Below, piece by piece: positions 14,148 to 27,577 of a stretch of 64,000 nt of DNA. The position numbers and the translations under genes are program-made. Location of the stretch: positions 25,264 to 89,263 of the forward strand of contig CAXHJY010000940.1 of assembly GCA_964016885.1 (NCBI GenBank), written 5' to 3'. This DNA comes from Eledone cirrhosa. Taxonomy: Eukaryota. Numbering within the stretch: the first letter of the stretch is position 1; each line of letters begins with the position of its first letter. The notes below the pieces were generated by a model. It ran no database searches. It had not been told where the DNA came from and saw only the letters and a list, made by a program, of their open reading frames with translations.

Positions 14148-14686
14148 TTTGCCGTGTGTTGAGAAATCCCCAAGATCCAAGTTATGAATAAATGTTTTTA
14201 GTCTTCTAAATATGTGTCTTACTCTAATTTTCTCTGATAACAAGTATCGAAGAAGGGAATGTTTCGCTTTAGGTATATAAAATGACAGAAAATGAAAATA
14301 AAAGTTACTTGTTTTTGTTTTTTTTTGTGAATAGATAAAAGTAATCACATTAAATCCTGATTTTATGTGTTTTCATTGTTTCTTTTATTCTTATAAATCT
14401 GTTTCCACTGTTTTAGATAAATTACATTCTTTTATGGTATTTAAATAGAACGTGATTTTTTTTTTCCCATGTGTGACTTTTTTTTTCTTCTTGGATTCGT
14501 GTTTTTCGTTGAGGATATTGACCTTTTAAAATGATTTAAATCTATAAACCGAAAAATTTATTTGTGAACATTTTTTTCCGAATGATTTATTTTCGATTTT
14601 TTTTCTCCGATACCGACCAGCTTCCTCACAACTGACTGTTTGCAGTCAATTGCTTCCTTTCTTTGCCCCCTCCTTCTATTAATTAG

Positions 14687-14710
14687 GTCAACAAGGCGAG
14701 ACACAATCAG
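14687..14710 (+). other. Candidate 24-nt microexon
   Basis: A branch-like ACTGAC and a long pyrimidine tract precede TAG|GTCAACAAGGCGAGACACAATCAG|GTATGA. The length preserves frame. Confidence 0.4.
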
Positions 14711-15980
14711 GTATGAGTAAAAAAAAAAAAAATCTTGCCTAAGACTCTGATAAGACTATTTAAAAAAAATTCAGTTTCTTTTTATTGTAGGGTTTTCCTT
14801 TCATTTTATTGTCTGTTATTTTACATATTTAAAGCGAAACATCCATAAAACAGGTTTTAGAACCTGTAAGGGTTGTTTAACTAGAATCTGCAACAACTGA
14901 GAGACACACGAGTAAAACTTGTTAACATATGCAAAATCATTCAACAGCTGGCTTTACACGAGAGAGCCCCTCTGTGACCATATGATCTGCTAGAAATAGC
15001 AACCAAAACCTCTCAAATTCAATCCGCTCTAAAAATTATAAAAATAAAATAATGCATTTACATTGGATAATGTAGATATACATATTTGAAAAATAAAAAG
15101 ACAGATTGGTCATGTCTGGAATACCTTTGATTACAGGTCTGCTTAATCGGGACTGACCTGGAGCTAGGATTTCCTTACGTTAGACTGATCGAGGCATTTA
15201 TCAAAATTTAAATGCTTTTATGTAGTAAAAATATCGTACAACTAAATAACAAAGTTTTATTATTTTAGGATCCAGTTAAAATCTCGGAATATAGGAAAGT
15301 TTGAAATTTGCTTCACGAGTTCAAATCCTGCCGAGGTTAACTTTGCCTTTCATCCTTATGGGATCGATAACATAAAGTACCAGTCACGCACTAGGGTCAA
15401 TTTAATCGACTTTCTCCTCCTCCAAAATTGCTGGCCTTGTGCCTATATAAGAAACCATTATTTCAGGATCCAGTTAAAATCTCGGAATTTAGAAAAGTTT
15501 GAAATTTTCTTCATGAGTTCAAATCCTGCCGAGGTTAACTTTGCTTTTCATCCTTACAGGGTCAATAAAATAAAGTACCAGTAATGCACTGGGGCCTTGT
15601 GCCCCCAAAAGTAGAAACATTATTATTATTATTTACATTACCTCACAAGCATCAAGATTTAAAAATAAAAATAAAAAATAGTTAGCTGTCGAAAAAGAGT
15701 TATGTCCCTTATCACTTGCAGCAAACGCCAACAGCTTGTTTATATATCTATCTTTTCTTTTGAGTATTTTGCCAGCTTGAAATATTAACAATAATAATAG
15801 TTAAAAAAACGCGCGCACGCGCACACGCACACATACACACACACACATACACACACACACACACAATTATTTTTTTAAATAATATATTGAGAAACATAGA
15901 AGCATTTATTCTATGACTCATTTGATTTAAATATATAAATATATATTTAAACCTACTATTTACTGACTTTGGAGAGAGAA

Positions 15981-16040
<60 letters not shown>

Positions 16041-16178
16041 TATATATATATATATAGAGAGAGAGAGAGATCGTAATTATCAACAATTTTGATTAAACAA
16101 TAGGAAATAATTCGTATATCTCACAATTCGATCAGATACTTTCATTCAACTTAAGAGGATTATTAAGTTCACGTAGAT

Positions 16179-16365
16179 CAGGCATGTCAAACTGAGGGTC
16201 CCCCCCCCCCCCGAGGGCTACATGGGTCACATACGACAACTAATTGTGCACATTACAACACATTTTAAACATTTTATATTACGAAGATAAAACATGCTCG
16301 CGCTGTAAGAACGTTTGTGCGGGTCGCAACTGTGTTTGTAAAGGGCCGCATGTTTGACATGCCTG
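16179..16365. mobile_element. hAT-type MITE
   Basis: Perfect 14-bp TIR CAGGCATGTCAAAC / GTTTGACATGCCTG. Confidence 0.7.
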
Positions 16366-17277
16366 ACATAAGGTGTTGGAGTGGCAGAATTATTAGAGTA
16401 TCGAACATAATGCTTTGTAGTATTTTAGAGACGCCCCTTTACGTTATGGGTTCAAACCCCACAGAGGCCAACTTTGCCTTTCATTATTCCGAGGTCGATA
16501 AAATAAAGTTCCAGTTGATTTAATCGACTTCACCCTCGTCCAAATTGTAGTCCTTGTGTCTAAATTAGAAATCAATATTAAGTTTACGTAAGGATGATGG
16601 ATTAGTAAAATCGTTAGAGCGTCGGACAATGTTTCGTGGCATTGTGTTATGGTCCTTTACGTTCTGAGTTCAAATCCTGCTTGGGTCGATAAAATAAAGT
16701 ACTAATGTAGTGGGGTCAATATAAGAAGCTTACCCTGTGCCGGATTTAGGACAAATGAGGCCCTGTGCTAGTTAAGTTATGAGGCCCCTTACTTGGACCC
16801 TGAAAGAAGATAAAAATAATTTTTGGCAGGAAGATGACCCCCACCCACCTGCCAACGGGGTCCTGTGCTGAAGCACACCCAAGCGCAATGGTAAATCGGT
16901 CACACCCCCACCAAACTTAAATCAGAAATCATTAAGTTTACGTATTGCTAGAGCGGGTTGCAAAGAGATTTTACATGGCAGAACAAAACTGCTTTCGGGC
17001 CTCAGGGTGGGATGCGAGAAGCTCCTCTCAAAATTCAAGAGGACTGAGAGATTATTCTGAGCGTTGGAGAAGGCGGTGGAACCGTCAGATATTCACGCCC
17101 TCCTCTTTGGCTCTCCGGTGCCTGAACCGATGTACTAATTGAATACTTCTTTTATAGATCCTGCTGTTAGGCTCCATTGGATTTAGAAGAAAGAAGGAAA
17201 GGGCACTTAACTCTTGATGTTACAAGGGTGTCGTTCTGACACATGACATGTTTTGGGCGTTTAAAGCCCCGTGAAGC

Positions 17278-17550
17278 CCGTCCAGTCCAGCTGTCAAATA
17301 CAACCCCTCCCACAAAGTTGGTATTTGGCCCAGGCTAGCTGTGAAATACATCCCCCTCTCCACAGAGCAGGTCCAGACCAGATGGGAAATACAGCCACTG
17401 CCCCACAAAGGAGATAATAGATCTAGTCCAGCTGAGAAATATAACCCCTTCCACAAAGCAGGTCCAAACTAGCTGTGAAATGCAGCCCCTCCACACAAAG
17501 CTGGTAATAGGGCCAGTCTAGCTGTAAATACAGCCCCTACCCCAGACAAA
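17278..17550. repeat. Degenerate tandem repeat with alternating units of about 40 and 50 bp
   Basis: Six recurrences of YAGCTGTGAAATACARCCCC..CCACA. Confidence 0.8.
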
Positions 17551-17679
17551 TATGAAACGTAGACCCCCATTTCGAACTGTTCATTAAGTATTTTAGTCAC
17601 CAAAGCTAAATACAGATGGTTATGGTTTATATACATGTATATATATATATATAAACGACAGGAATTAATTATATCGTGT

Positions 17680-18207
17680 AATCATAAACTAAGAAAAACA
17701 TTTAAATATTATAAACCTAATTAATAACATTATTTTAGATATTAATATATAATTTAATTTAAATGTTAGTTAACCTATAAATTTAATTTAATTAAAATTC
17801 TACTACAGATGAGATTATAAAATATTGTGTAATCATAAATTGTGAAAAACTTTTAAATATTACTAATATATACTTTGTAAATTAATTTATAGATTAATTT
17901 TAATTTATTTAACCTTTTATTAAAATTCCTTTACAGATAAAATATAACAAAATATCGTGTATTCAATGACAGAGAAATATTTTTTAATATTATAGACCTA
18001 ATTAATGTACAATTTAGAAATATATTTATAATTTGGTTTTAATTTGGTTAACCTAAAAATTTAATTTAATTGGCTTAAAATTAAAATCCTAATACAGATG
18101 GATTGCAGAGTGTCATGTAATCATAGACTGAGATAGGTTTTAGATGTATACCTAGTTAATATATTCTTTGCAATTTTTGAAAAAATATGTATATGTATGT
18201 GTATGTG

Positions 18208-18255
<48 letters not shown>

Positions 18256-18640
18256 TATATGTGTGTGTATATATTAATTTTAATTTTTGTTTACCTATAA
18301 TTATATTCTACTATAGATATAATACAATATCTCTTTTAATTATTATAAACCTAATTAACATATACTATAGAAATTAATATATAATTTTTAATTTAGTTAA
18401 CCTATAATTTATATTCTACTACCGATGTAATACTTTATTTGGTTTTTTTCCCTATTATTAAATTCATTTCCTAATATTGATACCATAACGTTAATAATTT
18501 TAATTTAGTTATACTATAATTAATACTCTACTACTATTTAACTTCAAAATTCCGCTTCAAATATTATAAACCTAAGTAGTATACACCTTAGAAATCAATA
18601 TATTAACTATCTTTAATTTAGTTAACCTATAATTAATAGT
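17680..18640. repeat. AT-rich degenerate tandem repeat with a period of about 120 bp
   Basis: Recurrent TATTATAAACCTAATTAA...TTAATTTAGTTAACCTATAA...CTACTACAGAT. Confidence 0.7.
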
Positions 18641-18907
18641 CTACTTATATTAAAATGCATAATTTTGCCTTCTTTCTTACATTTCCTAATACTGAAACTA
18701 CTATGTAAACACATATTATGATCTAAATGCAGATTAATATTCTATGTTTCTTGAAACCTATATTTACTATAACCCCCCCCCCCTATTATTATTTGTATTT
18801 GTAAGCGTGGATGTATGTATGTATATGTAGATAGGTATGTATGTTTGGGTGTTTATATGTGAGTATAAAAATACATATGTGCGCATGTAAATAAGGGTGT
18901 ATGATTG

Positions 18908-18983
<76 letters not shown>

Positions 18984-19240
18984 AATATATGTATCTATGT
19001 ATTTATGTGGGTATATGTGTGTATATATATGTATGCGCATGTATACGTCTGTGTGTATATGTATATGTGTACGTATATGTGCATGTATATGTGAGTGTGT
19101 GTATATATATATATATGTATATATGTATATATATATATATATATATTTGTAGTTGATATGTGTATGTGTATATGTATATGTGTATGTATATGTATGTATA
19201 TGTATGTATATATATATATATATATATATAAGTGTATATG

Positions 19241-19272
<32 letters not shown>

Positions 19273-19682
19273 CATATTTGTCTGACTGGGTGTATTAATT
19301 AATTAATTTATTTATTTCTTTTATTTTTTTATTTCTTTATTTTTATATATATGTATATATATATGTATGTATATATATATATATATGTATATATATGTGT
19401 GTGTATGTATATGTATGTATGTATGTGTATGTATATGTGTGTGTGTGTATATGTGTGTATATATTTATATGTGTATATATATCTCTATTTATATATGTAT
19501 ATATGTGTATGTATATCCCTTTATTTATGTATGTCTGAGTTGTGTGAACGTGTGGTTGTGTTTGTATGTGTATACGCATACATGGATGTGTATGTATGTG
19601 TATATATGCGTATATGTATGTGTGTATGTGTGTGTGTATATATGTATGTCTATGTATGAGTATATATATGTATGTATGTATA

Positions 19683-19738
<56 letters not shown>

Positions 19739-19802
19739 TATTATATACGTGTGTGTATATATATATATATCTTTGTATATGTGTATGTGTACATGTGTGT
19801 GT

Positions 19803-19843
<41 letters not shown>

Positions 19844-19884
19844 GGTATGTATGTGTATATGTGTATATACATGAGTGTATTTAT

Positions 19885-19930
<46 letters not shown>

Positions 19931-19949
19931 TGTGAATGTATGTATATAT

Positions 19950-19989
<40 letters not shown>

Positions 19990-20139
19990 ATATATGTATA
20001 TGTCTATGTATTTATATGTGTATATGTATGTGTCTCTATATGTATGCGCGTGTGTGGATGTGTATGTGTATATATATGGTGTGTGTATGTATATGTATGT
20101 GTATGTATGTGTTTATGTATATGTGTATGTATATGTATG

Positions 20140-20174
<35 letters not shown>

Positions 20175-20835
20175 GTATGTATATCGATGTATATTTTATA
20201 TTTTACTTGTTTTTATATATATATATATATATATATATTTTCTTAATATTTTTCTTTTTTCTTTTTCTTTTTATTTCTAAATTTATAGATACATTTATAA
20301 ATAGGCAGTTTGCTGACACCAGTAAATACTGACCTCTTCCCCCCCCCCCACCTACTTTCTGTATCTGGATCTAAATATGTGTGGCAGTGTTTATGTGCGC
20401 GCATTAATGTCCATATGCTTATGATAATAGTATATACACATATATGTGTGTGGGAGTGTGTGTGTGTATGTATGTTCGTGGTTGTGTGTATGTTTATGCG
20501 TATATGCGCGTGTGTGTGTGAATGTATGTATATGTGTGAGTATATGAATGTGTATATATTTATTTTTATATTTATATGTTTATATGCGTATATGTATTTT
20601 ATCTGTAGATTATAAATATACAGAGACATTAGCCCTGAATTTTTGTATTTACATACATCTTTTCGGCATGCGTATGCATGTGAACATATATTTTTATGCA
20701 TATCTGTGAACGAAGTTGCTTACATATATACACACACCTAACTGTATAAACTTTTTGTGTTTCCATTGGTCAATTTGAACTCTGTTCCCAAACAGACCTG
20801 TAATTTTGAATTGTTGTTATTATCAATAAATATAT

Positions 20836-20989
20836 TTCATTATTTCTGAAGACGGCATATATATGAGTTGGTATGTATATTTGATTTTGATAGTTTGTAT
20901 AATTTTGTATAATTTTGTACATAGATCTGTTAAATATACATGCTAATTCTAACACATATATATCCCAGAAACGATCGTTAAATAATGAA
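20836..20989 (+). ncRNA. Hammerhead with greatly extended (115 nt) stem II
   Basis: TTCATTATTT-CTGAAGA-[long hairpin 20853-20967]-GAAA-CGATCG-TT-AAATAATGAA: perfect 10-bp stem I and palindromic stem III. Confidence 0.75.
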
Positions 20990-21183
20990 CTTTTTTTGTT
21001 TAATATAAGGAACTGTTTCATTGTTTTATTCATTATTTTTTTAATATTTTATCTTGACTCTGTATTCCGTTTATCTTTCACCGAAAGTGATTTTTCATTG
21101 CATCTTTTCTTTCCATGATATCCGGATTACATTGAGTTCTTCATACGGATTGGACACTACCGTAAACTCTTGGTAGATTTATC

Positions 21184-21246
<63 letters not shown>

Positions 21247-21269
21247 GACATTATGCCGCGCACGTCCAT

Positions 21270-22855
21270 TCCGACAAAACTGGCAATCTATATCAAGTGG
21301 AGCGCAGTACTTACCATCAACTACTACATAATGCTGTAACTAAGGATTACCGTAAAACTAATCGGTGCGTCATCAATGAAATCAACGATGCTGGGTTTAA
21401 AATCCCCTCTGATCTCAACATCCTGGACCGAACCGAACCTCTGGATGCAACAAGGAACATTGTCGTTTTATCCAATTCGACATCAACAATTACTACTCCC
21501 CCATCACTTTACCACTTCTCCTTAGAGCTATCAATTTCGCTAAAACACTCACAGTGGTTAAGGATTTCGAAGTTGATGTCATCCTCAATGCCCGTAAGTC
21601 GGTGATTAATTTCGACGACTCTACTTGGATAAAAAAATCCAATAGTACCCCATTCGACGTGAGTATGGGGGCCAGCGATTCTGCGGAGGTTACTGATCTT
21701 ATCGGCCTTTTCCTTCTTTTCTCTATCAAGGACGAATTCCCCAACGCGGGCGGTGGTTTGTACCGTGATGATGGTATGTTGACCATGACTAAGTGCGGAC
21801 CTCGTGCTTGCGACAGGTTCAGAAAAGAACTCACAACCTTCTTTAAAGGCTTCAACCTCTCTATACAGGTTGAGGCCAATCTCTCGGTCGTTAATTACCT
21901 CGACGTTACCCTCAATTTATCGAATGGCTTGCATTACTCGTATAGAAAGCCGAATGATACGCTTAATTACATAAGTAAGCATTCTAACCATCCTGCCAGC
22001 ATAACCAAGAACCTGGAAAGAAACGTTTCTTTGAGGCTTTCCCGTCTATCTACTAACGAGCATATTTTCAACGACCATTCCATTTATTACAATGAAGCTC
22101 TTGCTCGGAGTGGATTTGTCGATAAGGTAGCATATACAGAGTACGCAAATAGACCTAGAAGAAATAGATCCCGTCGCATTTGTTGGTATAACCCACCATA
22201 TAATATGGAGGTGGCCACACCATTAGCTAAGATCTTTCTATCCCTTATTACGAAGCATTTTCCCCCTACACATAAATATAGTAACATTTTTAATAGAAAT
22301 ACTATTAAAATTCCTTACTCTACGATTCCTAACCTTGCACATAACATCACAGCTTCAAATTTAGCTAAACTACCTAGCCATAGGAATACGTGCAACCATG
22401 TAGTTAGTACTAACTGTAAATGTAGGAATCGGGTTGATTGCCCCCTATCCGGGAAAGGCCTCTCTAGTAACATTGTCTACAAATGTAAGGTTGAAACACC
22501 CACGTCCGGTAGGGCCTACATAGGGTTAACCGCCAATAGATTCAAGCAGCGTCTTTACATGCATACCCATTCTTTTCGTTACCCTCTAAGAAGGAATATG
22601 ACGTGACTTTCAGCTTATATCTGGAGTCTAAAAGACAACCACACCCAATATAAGTTACACTGGGAGATCCTAGCTAGGGCTAGATCGTATAACGGAAATA
22701 AAAGACCATGTGACCTCTGCGCCGCTGAGGCCCTGGAAATACTCTACGCCACAGACCCCATCTTAAACAAAAAATCTGGGGCAATTTCGGCTTGTAAACA
22801 TAAATTGCACAAAACTTTCCTGTATTACAGCCCCACATTATACCCTAACGGCTAG
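21270..22855 (+). pseudogene. PLE RT + GIY-YIG polyprotein remnant
   Basis: An upstream frame (DKTGNLYQVERSTY...TEPLDA) joins the main frame at about 21449 through a frameshifting internal deletion. The main frame reads CKCRNRVDCPLSG...IVYKC...YIGLTANRFKQRLYMH, has an in-frame TGA at 22604-22606, then continues LSAYIWSLK...WEIL...CDLCAAE...ILNKK...ACKH to TAG at 22853-22855. Confidence 0.9.
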
Positions 22856-23033
22856 TACGATCTATACGTGGATATTTTACGTCTTGATGTGGTAGCTAAG
22901 TATATGTTATGTTTATACCATTACTTATTTGCACAGGGAACGTTTCCACGAACCAAAGTATCGTCTTCCTGTCTTCCTCCGGTTGCAACGTTTTTTGAAA
23001 TATCCACTTCTGCGTTTACAGATTGACTTTGTT

Positions 23034-23084
23034 AGTTTCAGAAGATCCCGTTAAGGGTGAAAGCAGCAATTCTTTGCTTAAACT
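23034..23084 (+). ncRNA. Degenerate type-I hammerhead ribozyme in the PLE 3' UTR
   Basis: AGTTT-CAGAAGA-T.CCC gttaa GGG.T-GAAA-GCA..TGC-TT-AAACT. Stems I, II and III pair. The core has one substitution (CAGAAGA for CTGAAGA). Confidence 0.65.
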
Positions 23085-23117
23085 TTAATCTGTTATTTTA
23101 ATAAATATATATATATA

Positions 23118-23330
23118 TATAGTGGACATTATGTCCATTATATATATATATAGTGGACATTATGTCCATTATATATATATATATAGTGGACATTATGTCC
23201 ATTATATATATATATATAGTGGACATTATGTCCATTATATATATATATATAATGGACATAATGTCCACTATATATATATATAATGGACATTATGTCCATT
23301 ATATATATATATAGTAAACATTAATGTACG
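23118..23330. repeat. Array of palindromic TAGTGGACATTATGTCCATTA units separated by (TA)n
   Basis: Six full units and one degenerate unit. The fifth unit is inverted. Confidence 0.95.
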
Positions 23331-23696
23331 TACATGTAACAGAACAGAATAAAAGAATAAGAACTAGAGGTAAGTAAGCCACCCTTAAATTGTAGACCAT
23401 GTTAACCAGTCTATCGGCTACCTCTTCTGCTCATGCCTGCCTGATGGATGAGTTGCATAACGTCGAGTGCTTTTTGCATATCACGCCATGGCGTAATACG
23501 AGAAAAACACTCGACGTTATGCAACTCATCCATCTTCAATGTTGAATCATGTTGGTGGTGCGGGAAGAGTAAATATATTATAAAGTGAAATGACAGAAGG
23601 CCAAATATGTTGAATTTCCTTAATTTTTTATCGTAAACACTATGCACATTTCAGTGGCCAGGATCCGTAAAAACTCAGTGACATCATCATCATCAT

Positions 23697-23886
<190 letters not shown>

Positions 23887-23911
23887 ATATATATATATAT
23901 ATAATATATAT

Positions 23912-23987
<76 letters not shown>

Positions 23988-24120
23988 CTTGAAGAAAGTT
24001 GGTTGATTAAAAACCTGCCGACTTTTTCTTAACAAATGTGAAGCATTCTACGGATTTTATTTATTCGGAGTTTTATTATGATAAACAAGAAAGACGGTTT
24101 TATTCGTACATCCCTATTTA

Positions 24121-24193
24121 TTTTGTTATACGTATTTCAGAGACGTAAGGTAGTTGTATAATAATTGCCCTATGTGTTCTCTTCAGATAAATA
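24121..24193 (-). ncRNA. Decayed hammerhead related to the 11105 motif
   Basis: Reverse complement: TTTAT-CTGAAGA-G...CTCT-GAAA-TACGTA-TA-ACAAAA, with palindromic ATACGTAT and an imperfect stem II. Confidence 0.6.
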
Positions 24194-26618
24194 TTCAAAC
24201 AAGATGTAAAGTTCCATTGATATACTTGTCATACATGTTATTTACTTCGCCGACCAATAAGTATATGTCCGAATTTCTCTAGTAGTAGTTCTTATATATG
24301 CGGGGGATTATAAATTTAAGATAGTTAATTCAGCTATAAGAAAAGAATTTGAAAAACATCCTGCCATTGGCAGTATCGCTAGAGTTGGACGCCATGCTTT
24401 GCAGTATAGAGTTATGGTCCTTTACGGTCTGAGTTCAAATCTCGCCGAGGTTAACTTTGCTTTTCATCCTTACGGAGTCGATAAAATAAAGCACCAGTAA
24501 CGTACTGAGGTCGATTTAATCGACTTCCCCCCCAAAAAAATTACTGGCCTTGTGCCTATATAAGAAACCATTATAGTCATCAAAGGTCATTTATTGAGTT
24601 GTTCCAGTTGGTATTGTTAATTATAAACTGGCTGGGGTATCAAGTTACAAGATTTGTCGCTTGATTCATAGTAAGGCATGTAATAATAATAATGAAAATA
24701 TTGTGTACAGTGCTCAGGTGCACTACAACTCATCAAAAGTGTATGTATAGTAAATATGGTAATGTACAAACGTCAGGAAAATGAACAGTGCATGAGTCAT
24801 GATATACACATGTGTGCATGTGTATGGAAGGGGGCCATCAGGTGTAGTTTTGGCGAATTTCGGGAAGCATGTGGGTTTTAAAGGATGCAGTGTCTCGGCA
24901 GCTAACAACTGATGCAGAGAGTTTGTTCCGTGCTTCAGCAACTCTAAGCGTGAAAAAATGTTTCCGAAAGTCATGGGAGCTCTGCTGTTTTCTGACTTTG
25001 TAGGCATCTCCACGTGTGTTTAACCCTTTAGCATTTACATTACTTTATATTTACCATTATATTTTCATGGAAAAGTCTTTACCTCACATAATTATCTCAC
25101 ATGATATCGAATCTATGAGATTTTGATATTATTTATTTTGAGAACAATACTTTAACATCAATATGAGTGGCCGGTTTGAACAGAAAGAGGTGAGAGAATT
25201 CTTGCCTGTTGATATGTACACAATGCTTTCTAATACCCAGTATGACATATAGCAGAATTTGTGCTTGGAATATACAGTGACTTACATAAATTACATAAAG
25301 ACATGCGAGTCTGTGAATTCACTGATTCTGCATAACACTCCCCTCCACGACTTCTAGTATTTTGTTAATGTGATAATTTCACATTTCCATTAACCCTTTC
25401 ATGACCACACTTCTAATAAAATATGCTGTATTTGAATTAATGTAGAATTTCAAGTGATTTACTGAAATCATTATCTCATTATTAAGATGGATTTGTAACA
25501 CCATAAAGGGTTCTTATATAAAATTGTGTTGGAAGATTTTCATTTATTTAGGAATGCTTTAAAATGAGTAGTTTTGGGCAGGTTTTCATGATGCTAATAT
25601 GGTAAGATATCTACTTAACCAAGCTGATATTCCATTCTACTACATTGATATAAAGAAGTGTGTTATTGTTGTTTAACTCCACGTTGTCCCTGATCAACCA
25701 GACATGTGATCAAAAGCATTCTAGCTATGAACATCTCATAATAATAATGAAATTATTGTGTAAAGTGCTCAGGTGCACTACAACTCGTCAAAGGTGCATG
25801 TATAGTACATAGAATAATATACAAATGTCAGGGAAGTGAATAGTGTATGAGTCATGATATACATGTGTGTATGTGTATGTAGGAACTGTTAGTCTATTTT
25901 ATTATTTTTTTAATATATATTCCAATATATTTTTTATATATATTCCAATTAATTTTAATTTTAGATATTTGTACTTTGATGCTGATGTTATAATGTATTT
26001 ATATATTTATGAATAAGTACACATATCTAAAATTAAAATTAATATCTAAGGGAATAAAATGCTGTGATACAGCAACGGAACCCCAATAAGTAAATGCCTA
26101 GATGAATGACAGGCATTTTGTATGATCAGATGAGAGATCCTACCCAGGTGGCGTATAAGACAACGACGTCTAGATATAGGGGTTAGCAGCAAATAAGGAA
26201 ATAAGCTCCCATGGAGCAAACAGTGGCTACCCTTTAGCAAGGATCATAGAGGAAGTCAAAGGAAGTAGCATGGTGAATGTATAATCTGGGTGAAAGAGTC
26301 ACAAATCGTCCTGAACCAAATACTGACTACTGTTTAGCAAGGACTAGCACCCGACAGCTACACGGCCTAGGGTCAAAGGTGAAGCCACGAGAAGCTTGTT
26401 GAATGTGACACACGTTGCTGGGTACATTAAGCTCTATAAGGTCAATGACCTGGACCACCAATTTCTTGAAGTGTATAATTGCCAACATCTATGGAGGACC
26501 TGACAGTCACATATACTATGTTAGACAGAGTAACCTCTCTCGAAGGTCAATAACCGGAATGTCCAACTTACTGAAGTGTGCTACTGCTAATATCTTAATA
26601 TCTATGGAGGACCTGACA

Positions 26619-27015
26619 ATCATCATCATCATCCGGCGGCCTCAGTCGAAATGGACTCAACAATTGATCTCCACGTGGGTCTGTCGTTTATTGCCGTTGC
26701 CAAGTCCTGGATTTCAATACCGGAATCTCTGGAGATGACATCGGGATAGGAGAGCTTGCGACCCCTATTATTAGTGACTGCTTGTGGTTTCCAAAGCACT
26801 AATGGGGACACAGCCTTATAAGTGGCACGATCTTACTCTCCTTTTACGTACAACGACAGATATGCATGGGAGGCTGGCATATATCTCTCTCAAAGGCAGA
26901 TGTCGCCATCTTATGTTCTGAATGCGTTGAAGCAGGCGAGTGTAAGTGCCATCAAGGTGCTTTTGTTGTTTGGATGAAAGCGTCCATGTTTCACTTCCAT
27001 ATAGCAAGATTGGTT
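26619..27015 (-). mobile_element. RTE-clade LINE 3' fragment (different family)
   Basis: LLYGSETWTL...LDGTYTRLL and LVLWKP...RGR..SYPD...DRPTWRSIV, with frameshifts and a (TGA)n tail. Confidence 0.88.
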
Positions 27016-27498
27016 GAATTGTTCTTTCATATAACAGTTATACATATACTATGTTAGACAGAGTAACCTGTCTCTAAGGTCAATAACCGGAATGTCCAAC
27101 TTACTGAAGTGTGCTACTGCTAATATCTATAGAGCGCGCGATCACAGATCTTCAGTGAAACACTCACACAATGCTGGTCAGAATAACCTATTTGGGGTCA
27201 ATGACCAAAAACCACCAAAGTCTCGAATTCCACGGCTGCTAACATCTAAAGAGACCTGGCGACAACAAATGTCATTTAACTACTGAAACATTTTTAATGA
27301 CTAATCTGGCAAGTTCGGCCAGACGAGGATAAGATAAAGGGCAGAATTTAAAAAGAAAATGAAAAAATAAACCTATGTAACGCCCCCTACTCCTCCTATT
27401 CCTCATGTCTTCTTCACACACACACACACACACACACTCATGAATCTTGATTACACACACACACACACGTGAATCCTACATTATCTCAATCTTTCATA

Positions 27499-27552
<54 letters not shown>

Positions 27553-27577
27553 ATATCTATCTATCTATCTATATATA

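Larger units (their letters stand above)
21256..23104 (+). mobile_element. Penelope-like retroelement (Naiad-type), 5'-truncated and disabled, inserted in (TA)n
   Basis: Translation gives DKTGNLY near the 5' end, RT motifs FIQFDINNYY, MGASDSAEVTDLIG, GLYRDDG and VNYLDVTLNL, WYNPPY, then a C-terminal GIY-YIG nuclease. The 3' UTR has a hammerhead-like motif. Both sides are (TA)n. Confidence 0.92.

Noticed and set aside
22604-22606. In-frame TGA in the Naiad ORF as selenocysteine (some Naiads encode selenoproteins)
   Set aside because: It falls in the T-x-LS motif, not at a conserved Cys position. It is most simply a CGA>TGA CpG mutation, and no SECIS could be identified by eye.
26510-27128. 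85-bp direct repeat flanking the RTE fragment as an unusually long TSD
   Set aside because: A third diverged unit at about 26415-26510 shows a pre-existing tandem repeat of about 110 bp into which the RTE inserted.
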